From: Candidatus Latescibacterota bacterium
Lineage (GTDB): Bacteria; Latescibacterota; UBA2968; GCA-2709665
Length of the DNA stretch: 64,000 nt
Assembly (NCBI GenBank): GCA_965208835.1
Contig: OZ242358.1
Span: 736,001 to 800,000, forward strand
Direction of reading: 5' to 3'
Position 1 is the stretch's first letter. Each line of letters opens with the position of its first letter. The notes below the pieces were generated by a model that saw only the letters and a list, made by a program, of their open reading frames with translations, did no database searches and was not told the DNA's origin. Shown piece by piece: positions 20,036 to 28,622 of the stretch. A program made the translations under genes and the position numbers.

Positions 20036-21148
20036 CTACGGCGCCTGAACGGTCTCGCGGGAGCGACTGTACCGTTCGACCGCCTCCATATCCAGCTCGC
20101 ATCCCAGCCCCGGCGCCATGGGGACCGGCGTGAATCCGTCGGCGAATTCTCTCGACTCGCGGATCAGGCTGTGCTTTCTCACCCAGCTTCCGACGATGTC
20201 CGACGCCATCGTGCAGTTAGGCACCACGGCCACCGCGTGTACGTAGGAGGCTTCCAGGATTCCAAGGTCCACTCCGGAACCGTGCCAGCAGCGCATCCCG
20301 GCGGCCTCTGCGACGGCGGCGCTTTTCACGAAGCCCATCATGCTCCCTCCCAGATTCACGCAGTCCACCACGCCGGCCTTCACCGCGCGGATGACGTCCG
20401 ACCCGCTTCCGAGGTGCATCGCAATCGGGATGCTGGTGGCCTCGTAAATTGCAGCGTAGCCGTCCAGGTCCGACTTCGGAATCGGGTCTTCGAACACTTC
20501 CACATTGCCCAGGGCCTCGAGTTCACGGGCGAGTTCAATCGTCTGCGCCGCCGTACGAAACCGCTCGTTGGGGTCCACCGTGACCTTGAATTCCGGGCCG
20601 GCCACGTCCCGGATGGCCCGCAGCCGTTCCACCATCGGTTCCTCGATCTTGCACTTGATCTTGATGCCCTTGAAACCGTGCTCGAGCGCCCGCGCGACGG
20701 TCCGCTTTCCGTCTTCTGGCGTCTGGGAGCCCATCCAGTAGTCCGCGCGCACCCGGTCGCGCACCGCACCACCCATGAGCGCGTGAACGGGAAGCCCGCG
20801 CGCACGGCCTATAAGGTCGAAAACCGCCGTCTCCAGGGCGTGATACGCGGGACCCGTTCCCACGTTCAGCATCGTCTCCGTACCGTCGCTTCGAGGCTCG
20901 TAAATATTCTGCAGCGTTACCGCCTCGGGGTCCCTGCCAAGCACCAGGGCGGCGCCCGCACGCACGTCCTCGACGGGCACGCCACGGCCGGACTCGCCCA
21001 GCCCGTAATGCTCGGTATCCGTGTTGATCCGGAGAATATGCTTGGGTACCACGTCCCATCCGACTTCCGGTACCCATTCGGGGCTGTTCACGCGACCCGG
21101 ACGACTCGGCACCACCACGGTCCACAGATCCATCGACGTCATTTTCAT
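20036..21148 (-). CDS. Mandelate racemase/muconate lactonizing enzyme family (enolase superfamily)
   Basis: GLGES, ALETAVFDLIGR..GLPVHALMGG, KIK motif, VDPNE, EDP, PGLGCELD. Confidence 0.88.
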   Translation of the reverse strand: MKMTSMDLWTVVVPSRPGRVNSPEWVPEVGWDVVPKHILRINTDTEHYGLGESGRGVPVEDVRAGAALVLGRDPEAVTLQNIYEPRSDGTETMLNVGTGPAYHALETAVFDLIGRARGLPVHALMGGAVRDRVRADYWMGSQTPEDGKRTVARALEHGFKGIKIKCKIEEPMVERLRAIRDVAGPEFKVTVDPNERFRTAAQTIELARELEALGNVEVFEDPIPKSDLDGYAAIYEATSIPIAMHLGSGSDVIRAVKAGVVDCVNLGGSMMGFVKSAAVAEAAGMRCWHGSGVDLGILEASYVHAVAVVPNCTMASDIVGSWVRKHSLIRESREFADGFTPVPMAPGLGCELDMEAVERYSRSRETVQAP

Positions 21149-21186
21149 CGTACGCTCCTCGGTTTCTGGTTTTCAACGAAAAGCAT

Positions 21187-21227
21187 TTGACAATCGTACT
21201 GCTATACTGTATATTGATAGTAATACA
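21187..21227 (+). promoter_or_regulatory. Sigma70 promoter (TTGACA-17-TATATT) overlapped by a YtrA-type operator TGTAT-N10-ATACA
   Basis: TTGACA 21187-21192, TATATT 21210-21215; inverted repeat 21208-21227 directly upstream of a YtrA-like GntR gene. Confidence 0.75.
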
Positions 21228-21251
21228 CTAATACACACAGGAGAATTCTCA

Positions 21252-21644
21252 GTGCTGATCGCGATCGATCACCACAGCGGCGTGCCGGTCTACCGGCAGT
21301 TGATGGACCAGATCAAGTTTCATATCGCCAGCGGCCTGTTGAAGCCTGGAGAAAAGCTGCCGGCCACACGCACGCTCTCCGCACAACTTGGCGTCAACCC
21401 GATGACAGTGAGCAAGGCCTACGGGTATCTGGAGGCCGAGGGCATGGTGGAGCGGCGGCGCGGACGTCCGTTGACCGTGAGTTACCTGGAGCCGGAAATG
21501 GTCGAAGTCCACAAGCTCAACCGGCTCCGGCAGAGCCTCGCGCCCGTCGCGGCCATCGCTAGACAGCTTGGCATCGAAAAGTCCCGGGCCCTGGAAATCT
21601 TCGGCCGGATGATAGACGACGCCGGGAATCAGGAGGAGCCATAA
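21252..21644 (+). CDS. GntR family transcriptional regulator, YtrA subfamily
   Basis: AGGAGA RBS + GTG; PVYRQLMDQI..I..G.LKPGEKLP..R.LS..LGVNPMTVSKAY; short C-terminus; precedes an ABC ATPase. Confidence 0.92.
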   Translation: MLIAIDHHSGVPVYRQLMDQIKFHIASGLLKPGEKLPATRTLSAQLGVNPMTVSKAYGYLEAEGMVERRRGRPLTVSYLEPEMVEVHKLNRLRQSLAPVAAIARQLGIEKSRALEIFGRMIDDAGNQEEP

Positions 21645-21645
21645 T

Positions 21646-22530
21646 ATGGAATTCGCACTCGAAGTCAAGAATCTCACCAAGTCCTTCGGTGACGTCACCG
21701 CATTGGACAACGTGAGTGTGTCCGTTCCGAAGCCGGCTGTCGTGGGTCTCATCGGCAGAAACGGAAGCGGGAAGACCACCCTTCTCCGCCACGTCATCGG
21801 ACTCTACCTGCCGACCAGCGGACAATGCACCACCCTCGGATGCTCCAGCGACAAGCTCGGCCCGAACGAACTCTCGCGGATCGGGGTTGTGCACCAGGAG
21901 AACCGGTTCCTGGAATGGATGAAGGTGGAGCAGCATCTGCGCTATGTGTCCACCTTCTACAGGCACTGGGACCGTGACCTCGAGGAACGCCTGCTGGACG
22001 AACTGGAACTGGAATCCGATGCCCGGGTCGGGACCCTCTCACCGGGGAATGCCCAGAAACTGGGCATCATCCTGGCCGTCTGCCACCGGCCCGACCTGCT
22101 GATCCTGGACGAGCCCGTCAGCGGCCTGGACCCCATCACGCGCGAACAGTTCCTGAAATTCCTCCTCGAACTCCTTCAGCAGGACGCAAATACGATCGTC
22201 ATTTCGTCACACGTCCTGCACGACATCGAAAAGGTCATCGACCGCGTGATCTGTCTCGACCGGGGACGGATCAGGGCGGACGCCTCTCTGGACGATCTCC
22301 AGGAACGCTTCGCCGAATGGCGGGTCACCGCTAGGGACGGCAGGCTCCCCATCGGATTCGAAGAGAACTTCGTCATATCCCATGAGGGAGACAGCCGCCA
22401 GGCCCGCCTGCTCGTGAACGGCGCTTCCGACAACCTGGACGCGTTCAAGGCGAAATACGGCGTGGACGTGTCCAGCAGCCCGCTGAACCTGGAGCAGATG
22501 TTCCCGCTCCTGCTTGAGGAAACCCCGTGA
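21646..22530 (+). CDS. ABC-2 type exporter ATP-binding protein (YtrB-like)
   Basis: Walker A GRNGSGKTT, variant signature LSPGN, LILDEPVSGLDP, ISSH. Confidence 0.92.
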   Translation: MEFALEVKNLTKSFGDVTALDNVSVSVPKPAVVGLIGRNGSGKTTLLRHVIGLYLPTSGQCTTLGCSSDKLGPNELSRIGVVHQENRFLEWMKVEQHLRYVSTFYRHWDRDLEERLLDELELESDARVGTLSPGNAQKLGIILAVCHRPDLLILDEPVSGLDPITREQFLKFLLELLQQDANTIVISSHVLHDIEKVIDRVICLDRGRIRADASLDDLQERFAEWRVTARDGRLPIGFEENFVISHEGDSRQARLLVNGASDNLDAFKAKYGVDVSSSPLNLEQMFPLLLEETP

Positions 22531-23858
22531 TCGGAATCTACGCGCTGTACCGTTTGCTCTGGCGTCGGGCGATTCTTGCATTCTACGTGATATTTGCCGG
22601 GCTGATTGTGGGGTTGCTCTGGGCCGCGGGCACGCGACTCCCCGCCCTGTCAGAACCGGGACGCCTCATTCTGGTCACGATGGCCCTACCATCGATCGCC
22701 GGAGTCTTTGTCGGCCAGAGTGTGGGCGAGATCCAGCACACGCCGCTTTCCTGGTCGCTTCCCCGCCTTCACAGGCTGCTCTTTTCATCGGTATGTATCA
22801 CGGGAATCGGGCTCGCCGCCCTGACAACCTGGGCTTACCATTGGATGGGTGGCCTCGCCCCCGCAATCCCGATTCTTGCCTCGGTCTTCCTGTGGTACAG
22901 CCTGGCAATTGCTATCGGGACCTACGAATTCGTCGATGCCCGATCGCTCCGGTACCGCAGTTCAGTTGTCACCTATATTACGATTCTCATTACTATATTC
23001 GGCGTCCTCTCGATCAATCGAATCACCGATTATTACACAGCCCAACCGGTCCTTTGTACGCTTGTTACGCTGCTTGTCGCGATACTCTACCTGAAACGCA
23101 CACTCGCTGTCGGAGTCACCAGAGACAAATCGCTCGTCTCGATGCCGGTGTTCCATCGGTACACGTTCGGACCTCGTCAGACGGCGCGGATGACCGCACG
23201 GCGAGACTCCAGGCGGAAATGGAATCGCGCGGCTCCGCTCACCGGCCTGAACAGCTGGATCCGGGCCGCTGAATATGAGAATTACGGTATCGCACGGGCG
23301 GGATGGCTGGGCAGCGCGTTCCTGTACTCAACTGTCATTCTGTCTATCGTGGCGGTCCTTATTCAGTTATTCGGCCAGGCAGAAGCCGTTATCGTTCCAA
23401 TCACCCTGGGTCTTTGGATGCTGCAACTGTCTTTGTACGTGAAAACCGGATGGCTCTATCCTCTTTCGAGACTTGAACTGGCGAGGCTCACGTACTGGTG
23501 TAGCCTTCTACATAACGCTCTACATTGCGGGATCATGTTATTGACGTTTCTTCTGCTGGATGGCCTGACCGGAATCTTCGCCGGGCTGGACCTCGCGCGT
23601 CCGGTCCTGCTGATGTTCATCTGCAATCCGGTAATTCAATGGGTCCGCTTTCGGAACGAACAGTTCAAAGTTTCTTCATATGTAATTCTGGCGGTTTTTA
23701 TAATCGGCTATTCGATATTGATTACGATATGGCTCGAATTGGGCCCCAACATCCCTTTCGTCTACGAGGCCGCTGCGGCTGTAGGTCTCATCCTCCTGTC
23801 CCAAGCCCTCTTCCGTTACAAAGTGAACAGGTATTTCAGGAGGGGCGATCTCGTCTGA
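22527..23858 (+). CDS. Multi-pass membrane protein, probable ABC-2 permease (paralog A)
   Basis: GTGA overlap with the ATPase; roughly 12 hydrophobic segments; ends FRYKVNRYFRRGDLV. Confidence 0.75.
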   Translation: MIGIYALYRLLWRRAILAFYVIFAGLIVGLLWAAGTRLPALSEPGRLILVTMALPSIAGVFVGQSVGEIQHTPLSWSLPRLHRLLFSSVCITGIGLAALTTWAYHWMGGLAPAIPILASVFLWYSLAIAIGTYEFVDARSLRYRSSVVTYITILITIFGVLSINRITDYYTAQPVLCTLVTLLVAILYLKRTLAVGVTRDKSLVSMPVFHRYTFGPRQTARMTARRDSRRKWNRAAPLTGLNSWIRAAEYENYGIARAGWLGSAFLYSTVILSIVAVLIQLFGQAEAVIVPITLGLWMLQLSLYVKTGWLYPLSRLELARLTYWCSLLHNALHCGIMLLTFLLLDGLTGIFAGLDLARPVLLMFICNPVIQWVRFRNEQFKVSSYVILAVFIIGYSILITIWLELGPNIPFVYEAAAAVGLILLSQALFRYKVNRYFRRGDLV

Positions 23859-23894
23859 TCCGCGTTATTGCGCTTTATTAAAGGAGACCATTAC

Positions 23895-25361
23895 ATGGGA
23901 TTTGACGCGCTGTTCCGATTGCTCTCCTGGCGATCAGGCGTCTTTTTGGCGCTTTATTTAATATTCACTGTATGTTTCGTGTTGTTCTTTTATGCAGATG
24001 AGCGTTTTCCGGGAACGCCAAGACCAGGTCGGCTTAACTTTTTTGCCCTGTTCATTTCAGCATTTGTGGGCAGTTTTCTGGGTGGAGTTGTAGCAGGTAT
24101 CCGACGATGTTGGTTTTCGTGGACGCTTCCTAACCTTGGCAGGCGAATTCTCACCCCGCTGTTATTGTCGGCTATCATCACCGCCTTTCTTGTTGCTTGG
24201 CTTTACAAACGGCTCGGTGGCTCGGCACCTTGGCTCCCGGTTATTACGTTTGATCTCCTCTGGTTCAGTCTAGGTTTTGTTCACGGCTGGTACTTTTGGG
24301 GGATGTTCGGCACGCTCAAAAGCAATGTCCTCCAAACGTCGGTCTTCCACATTCGACCGTTCGGATTTATGATCCTCACTCTATCTGTACTCGTTTTTGC
24401 GAGTTTCGCGATCAACCGAATTGCTGACTTTTCCAGTTCCCAGCCAGTTTACTGTGTCATCCTGTCGATGCTGGCTGCTTGGCTATTACTGCGACACGTC
24501 CTTGGCCACCACGCTGCGAAGTTGATTGCGCTCTTCCCCGCACGTGACGTCAATGGATTCACCGGGGGTCTCACCGTCGCGGCTCCCATGACGTTGAATA
24601 GAATGTCCGTTCGGAAATCGCAGGAAAGGCGTCCGTTTACTGGTATTTTCAACATGATTCGAGCCGGCGAATATGAAAACCTCGGTATGGTGCGAGGAGG
24701 CTGGCCGGTCATTGCCGTCGGACTATCGGTTGTTGCTGTGCTGTGTGTGGTCATTCTGGCATACTACAAGGGATTCGAAAGGGGATCTCACGAAGCCGGG
24801 GTTCAGTTTGTCCACCACGCGATATTCGATCCTGCTTCCAAGAAGAATATGACCGTACTCGTATCGATTTTTCCAGCGATGATTGTCTCATTCCATTCCT
24901 TACTCGGAACGACGTTCCTCAAGGGTAATCTGCTTTATCCGCTTACCCGAATCCAGATTGCAAAAATCGCGTTCTGGGGCAGCTTATTTCACAACGCTGT
25001 TTTCTGTGTAATCCTGCTACTCACCTCTTGTCTTGCAGGAAGTCTAGCGTGGTTTTTCGCGGAATATGAATCTCCATACAAGCTTGTCCCCGAAATTATC
25101 CGGCCTCTTACACTGATGTTTGCCTTCAGCCCGTTCCTTTCGTGGATTCGCCTGCGATTTGGTCTGAGTCTGATGTCGTTTTGGGGAGGAGTTTTCCCCT
25201 TTACGTTTGGCGTTGGGATCCTGGGCATCTTGTGGCTTGAAACAGGTACTGGCATATCCAGTATCTATGAGATCCTCGGATGCACGGCTCTCATCCTCCT
25301 CTCCCAATGCCTCTTTCGTTACAAAGTGAACAGGTATTTCAAGACTGGCGATCTCGTCTGA
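23895..25361 (+). CDS. Multi-pass membrane protein, probable ABC-2 permease (paralog B)
   Basis: AAGGAG RBS; shares SWxLP, INRI, IRAxEYENxG, LYPLxR and FRYKVNRYF..GDLV motifs with paralog A; visibly more AT-rich than the flanks. Confidence 0.75.
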   Translation: MGFDALFRLLSWRSGVFLALYLIFTVCFVLFFYADERFPGTPRPGRLNFFALFISAFVGSFLGGVVAGIRRCWFSWTLPNLGRRILTPLLLSAIITAFLVAWLYKRLGGSAPWLPVITFDLLWFSLGFVHGWYFWGMFGTLKSNVLQTSVFHIRPFGFMILTLSVLVFASFAINRIADFSSSQPVYCVILSMLAAWLLLRHVLGHHAAKLIALFPARDVNGFTGGLTVAAPMTLNRMSVRKSQERRPFTGIFNMIRAGEYENLGMVRGGWPVIAVGLSVVAVLCVVILAYYKGFERGSHEAGVQFVHHAIFDPASKKNMTVLVSIFPAMIVSFHSLLGTTFLKGNLLYPLTRIQIAKIAFWGSLFHNAVFCVILLLTSCLAGSLAWFFAEYESPYKLVPEIIRPLTLMFAFSPFLSWIRLRFGLSLMSFWGGVFPFTFGVGILGILWLETGTGISSIYEILGCTALILLSQCLFRYKVNRYFKTGDLV

Positions 25362-25397
25362 TCTTTCGTGTCCTGGCGGGATTGACTGATTGGCCGC

Positions 25398-28300
25398 CTA
25401 AGGCAGCGCCTCGAATTCACTCCAGACCGCGCCTGCCTTTCCCTCCTCGAGGCTGGTGGCCGGCAGGAGGAAGAACAGCGCCTCGATCCGCTCCCCGGCC
25501 TTCATCCACCTGTCCAGGTTGCCCAGCAGGAAGCATCCGACCTCGCCCAGGGCGAACCCGGCGGCGCGCGCCCCCTCCCCGGCCGCGCTCAGGAACAACG
25601 CCTCTCCATTCTTCCCGACGATCCCTCCCCAGTTCCAATTGCCGCCGCTGGTCCAGTGGGGCGCCGCAAGCGTAGAGACTGACGCTTCGGTTGCGTTATA
25701 AAAGGTCGCGGTGCCGGGTGACGCGGCGAACGCGGGCCAGACGCCGAAGCCCAGATCCCCGTCGGCGCCGACCCCAAGATCGTCGCGGCAGGTCACGCGA
25801 ATGGCCAGAACGTCCGCGCCGGGCGCGAGCAGGTATTCCCACGCGATGGACTGTCCGCGGGCGTGCTCCTGTGCGATACGGCAGTGGACGCGCACCCCGC
25901 GCCAGACCAGGCCCTGGCGACCCTTCCTTTCGATCACCCGGTACCGGAACCGCTCCTTGTAGAGCGTATCCTCGAGCCGGTCGTATTCGGGCGAAACGCC
26001 GCCGTACCACGGATTCATCCAGGCACGGGGTTCAGCGTCGGGGTACGGACAGTTGAGATACTCCCTGCCGTCGCGCCTGAGAGAAATCACGGTTCCCATG
26101 AAAGGAGGCGCGACTTTCACGGTCAATATCCCGTTGTCGACCGCAATGATGCGGCCCTTTTCCTGTCGCGATACCGAAACCGCCCGCGCGTTGGCGGGCA
26201 GGACCAGCGCCTTCTCCGAAAACCGGTAGACCGCCTCCTCGGTCTCGAAACGAACACTGATGTCCTCGACGCCCGGCCGGACCCGCGCCGTGGAGCGAAA
26301 GGCCACCTTCCGGACAACCGGATCGGCTTCACGGAGCGCCGAAACATCGACGGCCTTAACGTCTGGGCGCAGACCGTCGGATGCCTCCAGTATGAGTTTG
26401 CCGTCGAGCTTGTGTCTTCCCACGTGATTGAGGCGCAGCGTCGCTTCCACGGGATCTCCCGCCACGACCAGCGGGCGCGGCTCCATACCGCACGCGATCG
26501 GCCTTCGCGTGGACGCTGCGGACGTTTCGACCTCCGGAACGCTGCCGAACAGGGTCCGCCACCAGGCCCGGACCGTCTGCCAGTTCCCGTCTCCGACAAT
26601 GGCGTTGACAGGGTCGAGCGATTGAGACTCTCCCGGCTTCACGCGGACGGCTCGCGTTCGAAGACTGCCCCACGGGCCGGGGCTCACCCGCTCGGCCCGG
26701 TCCCACAGAATGCCGGTGATACAGCCATCGTCTTTCTCCACGCAGAACCATCCTTCGGGCCAGGCCGACGCTTCTTCCGAAAGCCTGAGGTCGTCCAGGT
26801 CCCGTCCTCCCGAACCGAACGCCTGCCGGGACACCCCTGGCTTCCCCGGCACGACCAGGGACGCGGTGCGGCCCATTCGCATCCACCAGCTTTGCGACAC
26901 CGAAAGGTCCAGCGGCAGGGAACTTCCGTTGATTACGGTATCCAGCACCCTGACCAGCGGGCCCTGTCCAACCAGGACGCTTCTTTCCAGCAACACGCCC
27001 GGTCGAGTCACTGAAGGCGTGTGCAGGCGGAGTACGACCCCGGCGCCGTCCCGCTCGACCCGCGCCTCGGCCTTCTCCTGAAACAGATCGCCACCGGCAA
27101 AGGGCGGGCCGAGGCCCGGGGCCTGCAGCTTCAGCCGGCGGGACCTCAGCGCCCGGAGCGAGTGAAAGATGTATATCTCGCCGCTGCGCAAATCGGCGTT
27201 GACCATCAGTCCGCCGCCGCACAGCAGGGCGTTCCGCTCTCCGACACATCCCGACACGCCGCCCGGCTCAACGGCCAGCAGGTCGAGGCGCCTGGTCTTG
27301 ACAGGAATTCCCTCGCTGTCCACCACCGCGGTGGTCTGGACGTCAATCGCAACAGGCCCTGCCCGCGGGGCCGTTACCGGCACCGTCAGCTCGGCCCCGC
27401 CCTTCGGATCGAGCGTAACCTCCCGCTCGCCGGCGTTGACATCCACGCCGCCCACGGGCATGACCCGGAGTTTCGCAGTACACGCCTCGTCCAGGTTGGA
27501 ACGCAGGGTCAGCGTGGCTTGCTCCGGCTTGCCCGGCGGTAGGATGGAGCGGGGGGCATCGACCGAAACGTCCACGGCCTGGCGTACATCGATCCCCGCC
27601 GCGAGTTCGATCCCCACCCCGTCGATCACCAGGTCGGTCCGTAGAACCGCCGCTTTGGGTTCGCGCGACTTCTCCTGGATGTTGGGATCGATGACGAACG
27701 TGCCCTCGATTTCGGTGGTGTCCGCGACGTCCATCGCCTCGCGTTTTTCGACCTTGATCCCGAGATCGCCCGAGGCGGCGAGAAAGACGCGCGTCGGGTG
27801 CGGCTTCTTGTTGACGATACGCCAGCGGACAGCGTGGGGGACGCCCGAAACCAACTTCTCGTCGGGAAGGCTGCACGACACCGTCAGGTCGTTGTTCTCG
27901 AGCTCAATGATCCCCCAGCTCTGGCGGTCGAACACCAGCCTGAGCAGATCGCCGTCCGGGGCGCGCCAGAGGTATTCGTAAACCTTCACCCTGCCCCGCG
28001 TCATCACGTCCTCTTCGGCCTTGAGTTCGCGCACCTGGGTTTCGTACCAATCGTGCCTGGCAAAGAACGCGGCGGCGAGCGGGTGCCGGCGGGCGGCGGG
28101 CGTAAAATTCTCCATGTGCACGGACGAGTCCGGCCGCCACATGAAGCCCATCTTCTTGTACAGGGGAACCGCCTGCAGGTTCCCCGGCCACGTGTACAGG
28201 TCGACCCGCTGATAGCCCGTCTCGTACGCGCGTTCCAAAGCGCCCCACAGCGCCGATTTTCCGTGCTTCTTCCCGTGGTAATTCGGGTGGCAGTTGAGGT

Positions 28301-28553
28301 GCGGAATGAACGCCTGCGCCTTCTGTCCCGGCGTGGCTCTTATCGTGCACAGGCTGATAATGCGCTCTTCATTCTCCGTGACGATCGCCCCCAGCAGATT
28401 GCTCTCCCGGATTTTTCGCTCCTGCTCCTCGGCCGTGGTCTGCCATCCGCCGCCGCCCGGCCAGCCCACGTCCGCTTCCATCTCGAGCGTGGCGAGCTTC
28501 CGGGCGTCGCCTTCCCGCCAATCCTCGACGAGATTTCTGGTTTTGTGCAGCAA
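25398..28553 (-). CDS. Large GNAT-family N-acetyltransferase-domain protein (about 1050 aa)
   Basis: N-terminal GNAT motifs LNCHPNYHGKKHGK and DLYTWPGN..AVPLYKKMGF; beta-rich C-terminal domains; TTG start 5 nt after GGAGG (ORF open to 28565). Confidence 0.8.
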   Translation of the reverse strand: MLHKTRNLVEDWREGDARKLATLEMEADVGWPGGGGWQTTAEEQERKIRESNLLGAIVTENEERIISLCTIRATPGQKAQAFIPHLNCHPNYHGKKHGKSALWGALERAYETGYQRVDLYTWPGNLQAVPLYKKMGFMWRPDSSVHMENFTPAARRHPLAAAFFARHDWYETQVRELKAEEDVMTRGRVKVYEYLWRAPDGDLLRLVFDRQSWGIIELENNDLTVSCSLPDEKLVSGVPHAVRWRIVNKKPHPTRVFLAASGDLGIKVEKREAMDVADTTEIEGTFVIDPNIQEKSREPKAAVLRTDLVIDGVGIELAAGIDVRQAVDVSVDAPRSILPPGKPEQATLTLRSNLDEACTAKLRVMPVGGVDVNAGEREVTLDPKGGAELTVPVTAPRAGPVAIDVQTTAVVDSEGIPVKTRRLDLLAVEPGGVSGCVGERNALLCGGGLMVNADLRSGEIYIFHSLRALRSRRLKLQAPGLGPPFAGGDLFQEKAEARVERDGAGVVLRLHTPSVTRPGVLLERSVLVGQGPLVRVLDTVINGSSLPLDLSVSQSWWMRMGRTASLVVPGKPGVSRQAFGSGGRDLDDLRLSEEASAWPEGWFCVEKDDGCITGILWDRAERVSPGPWGSLRTRAVRVKPGESQSLDPVNAIVGDGNWQTVRAWWRTLFGSVPEVETSAASTRRPIACGMEPRPLVVAGDPVEATLRLNHVGRHKLDGKLILEASDGLRPDVKAVDVSALREADPVVRKVAFRSTARVRPGVEDISVRFETEEAVYRFSEKALVLPANARAVSVSRQEKGRIIAVDNGILTVKVAPPFMGTVISLRRDGREYLNCPYPDAEPRAWMNPWYGGVSPEYDRLEDTLYKERFRYRVIERKGRQGLVWRGVRVHCRIAQEHARGQSIAWEYLLAPGADVLAIRVTCRDDLGVGADGDLGFGVWPAFAASPGTATFYNATEASVSTLAAPHWTSGGNWNWGGIVGKNGEALFLSAAGEGARAAGFALGEVGCFLLGNLDRWMKAGERIEALFFLLPATSLEEGKAGAVWSEFEALP

Positions 28554-28622
28554 AGGCCCCTCCAACCCAATCAGATTTGAATATTATTGAATATAACTTC
28601 CGAAAAACACATGCGACGGAGT

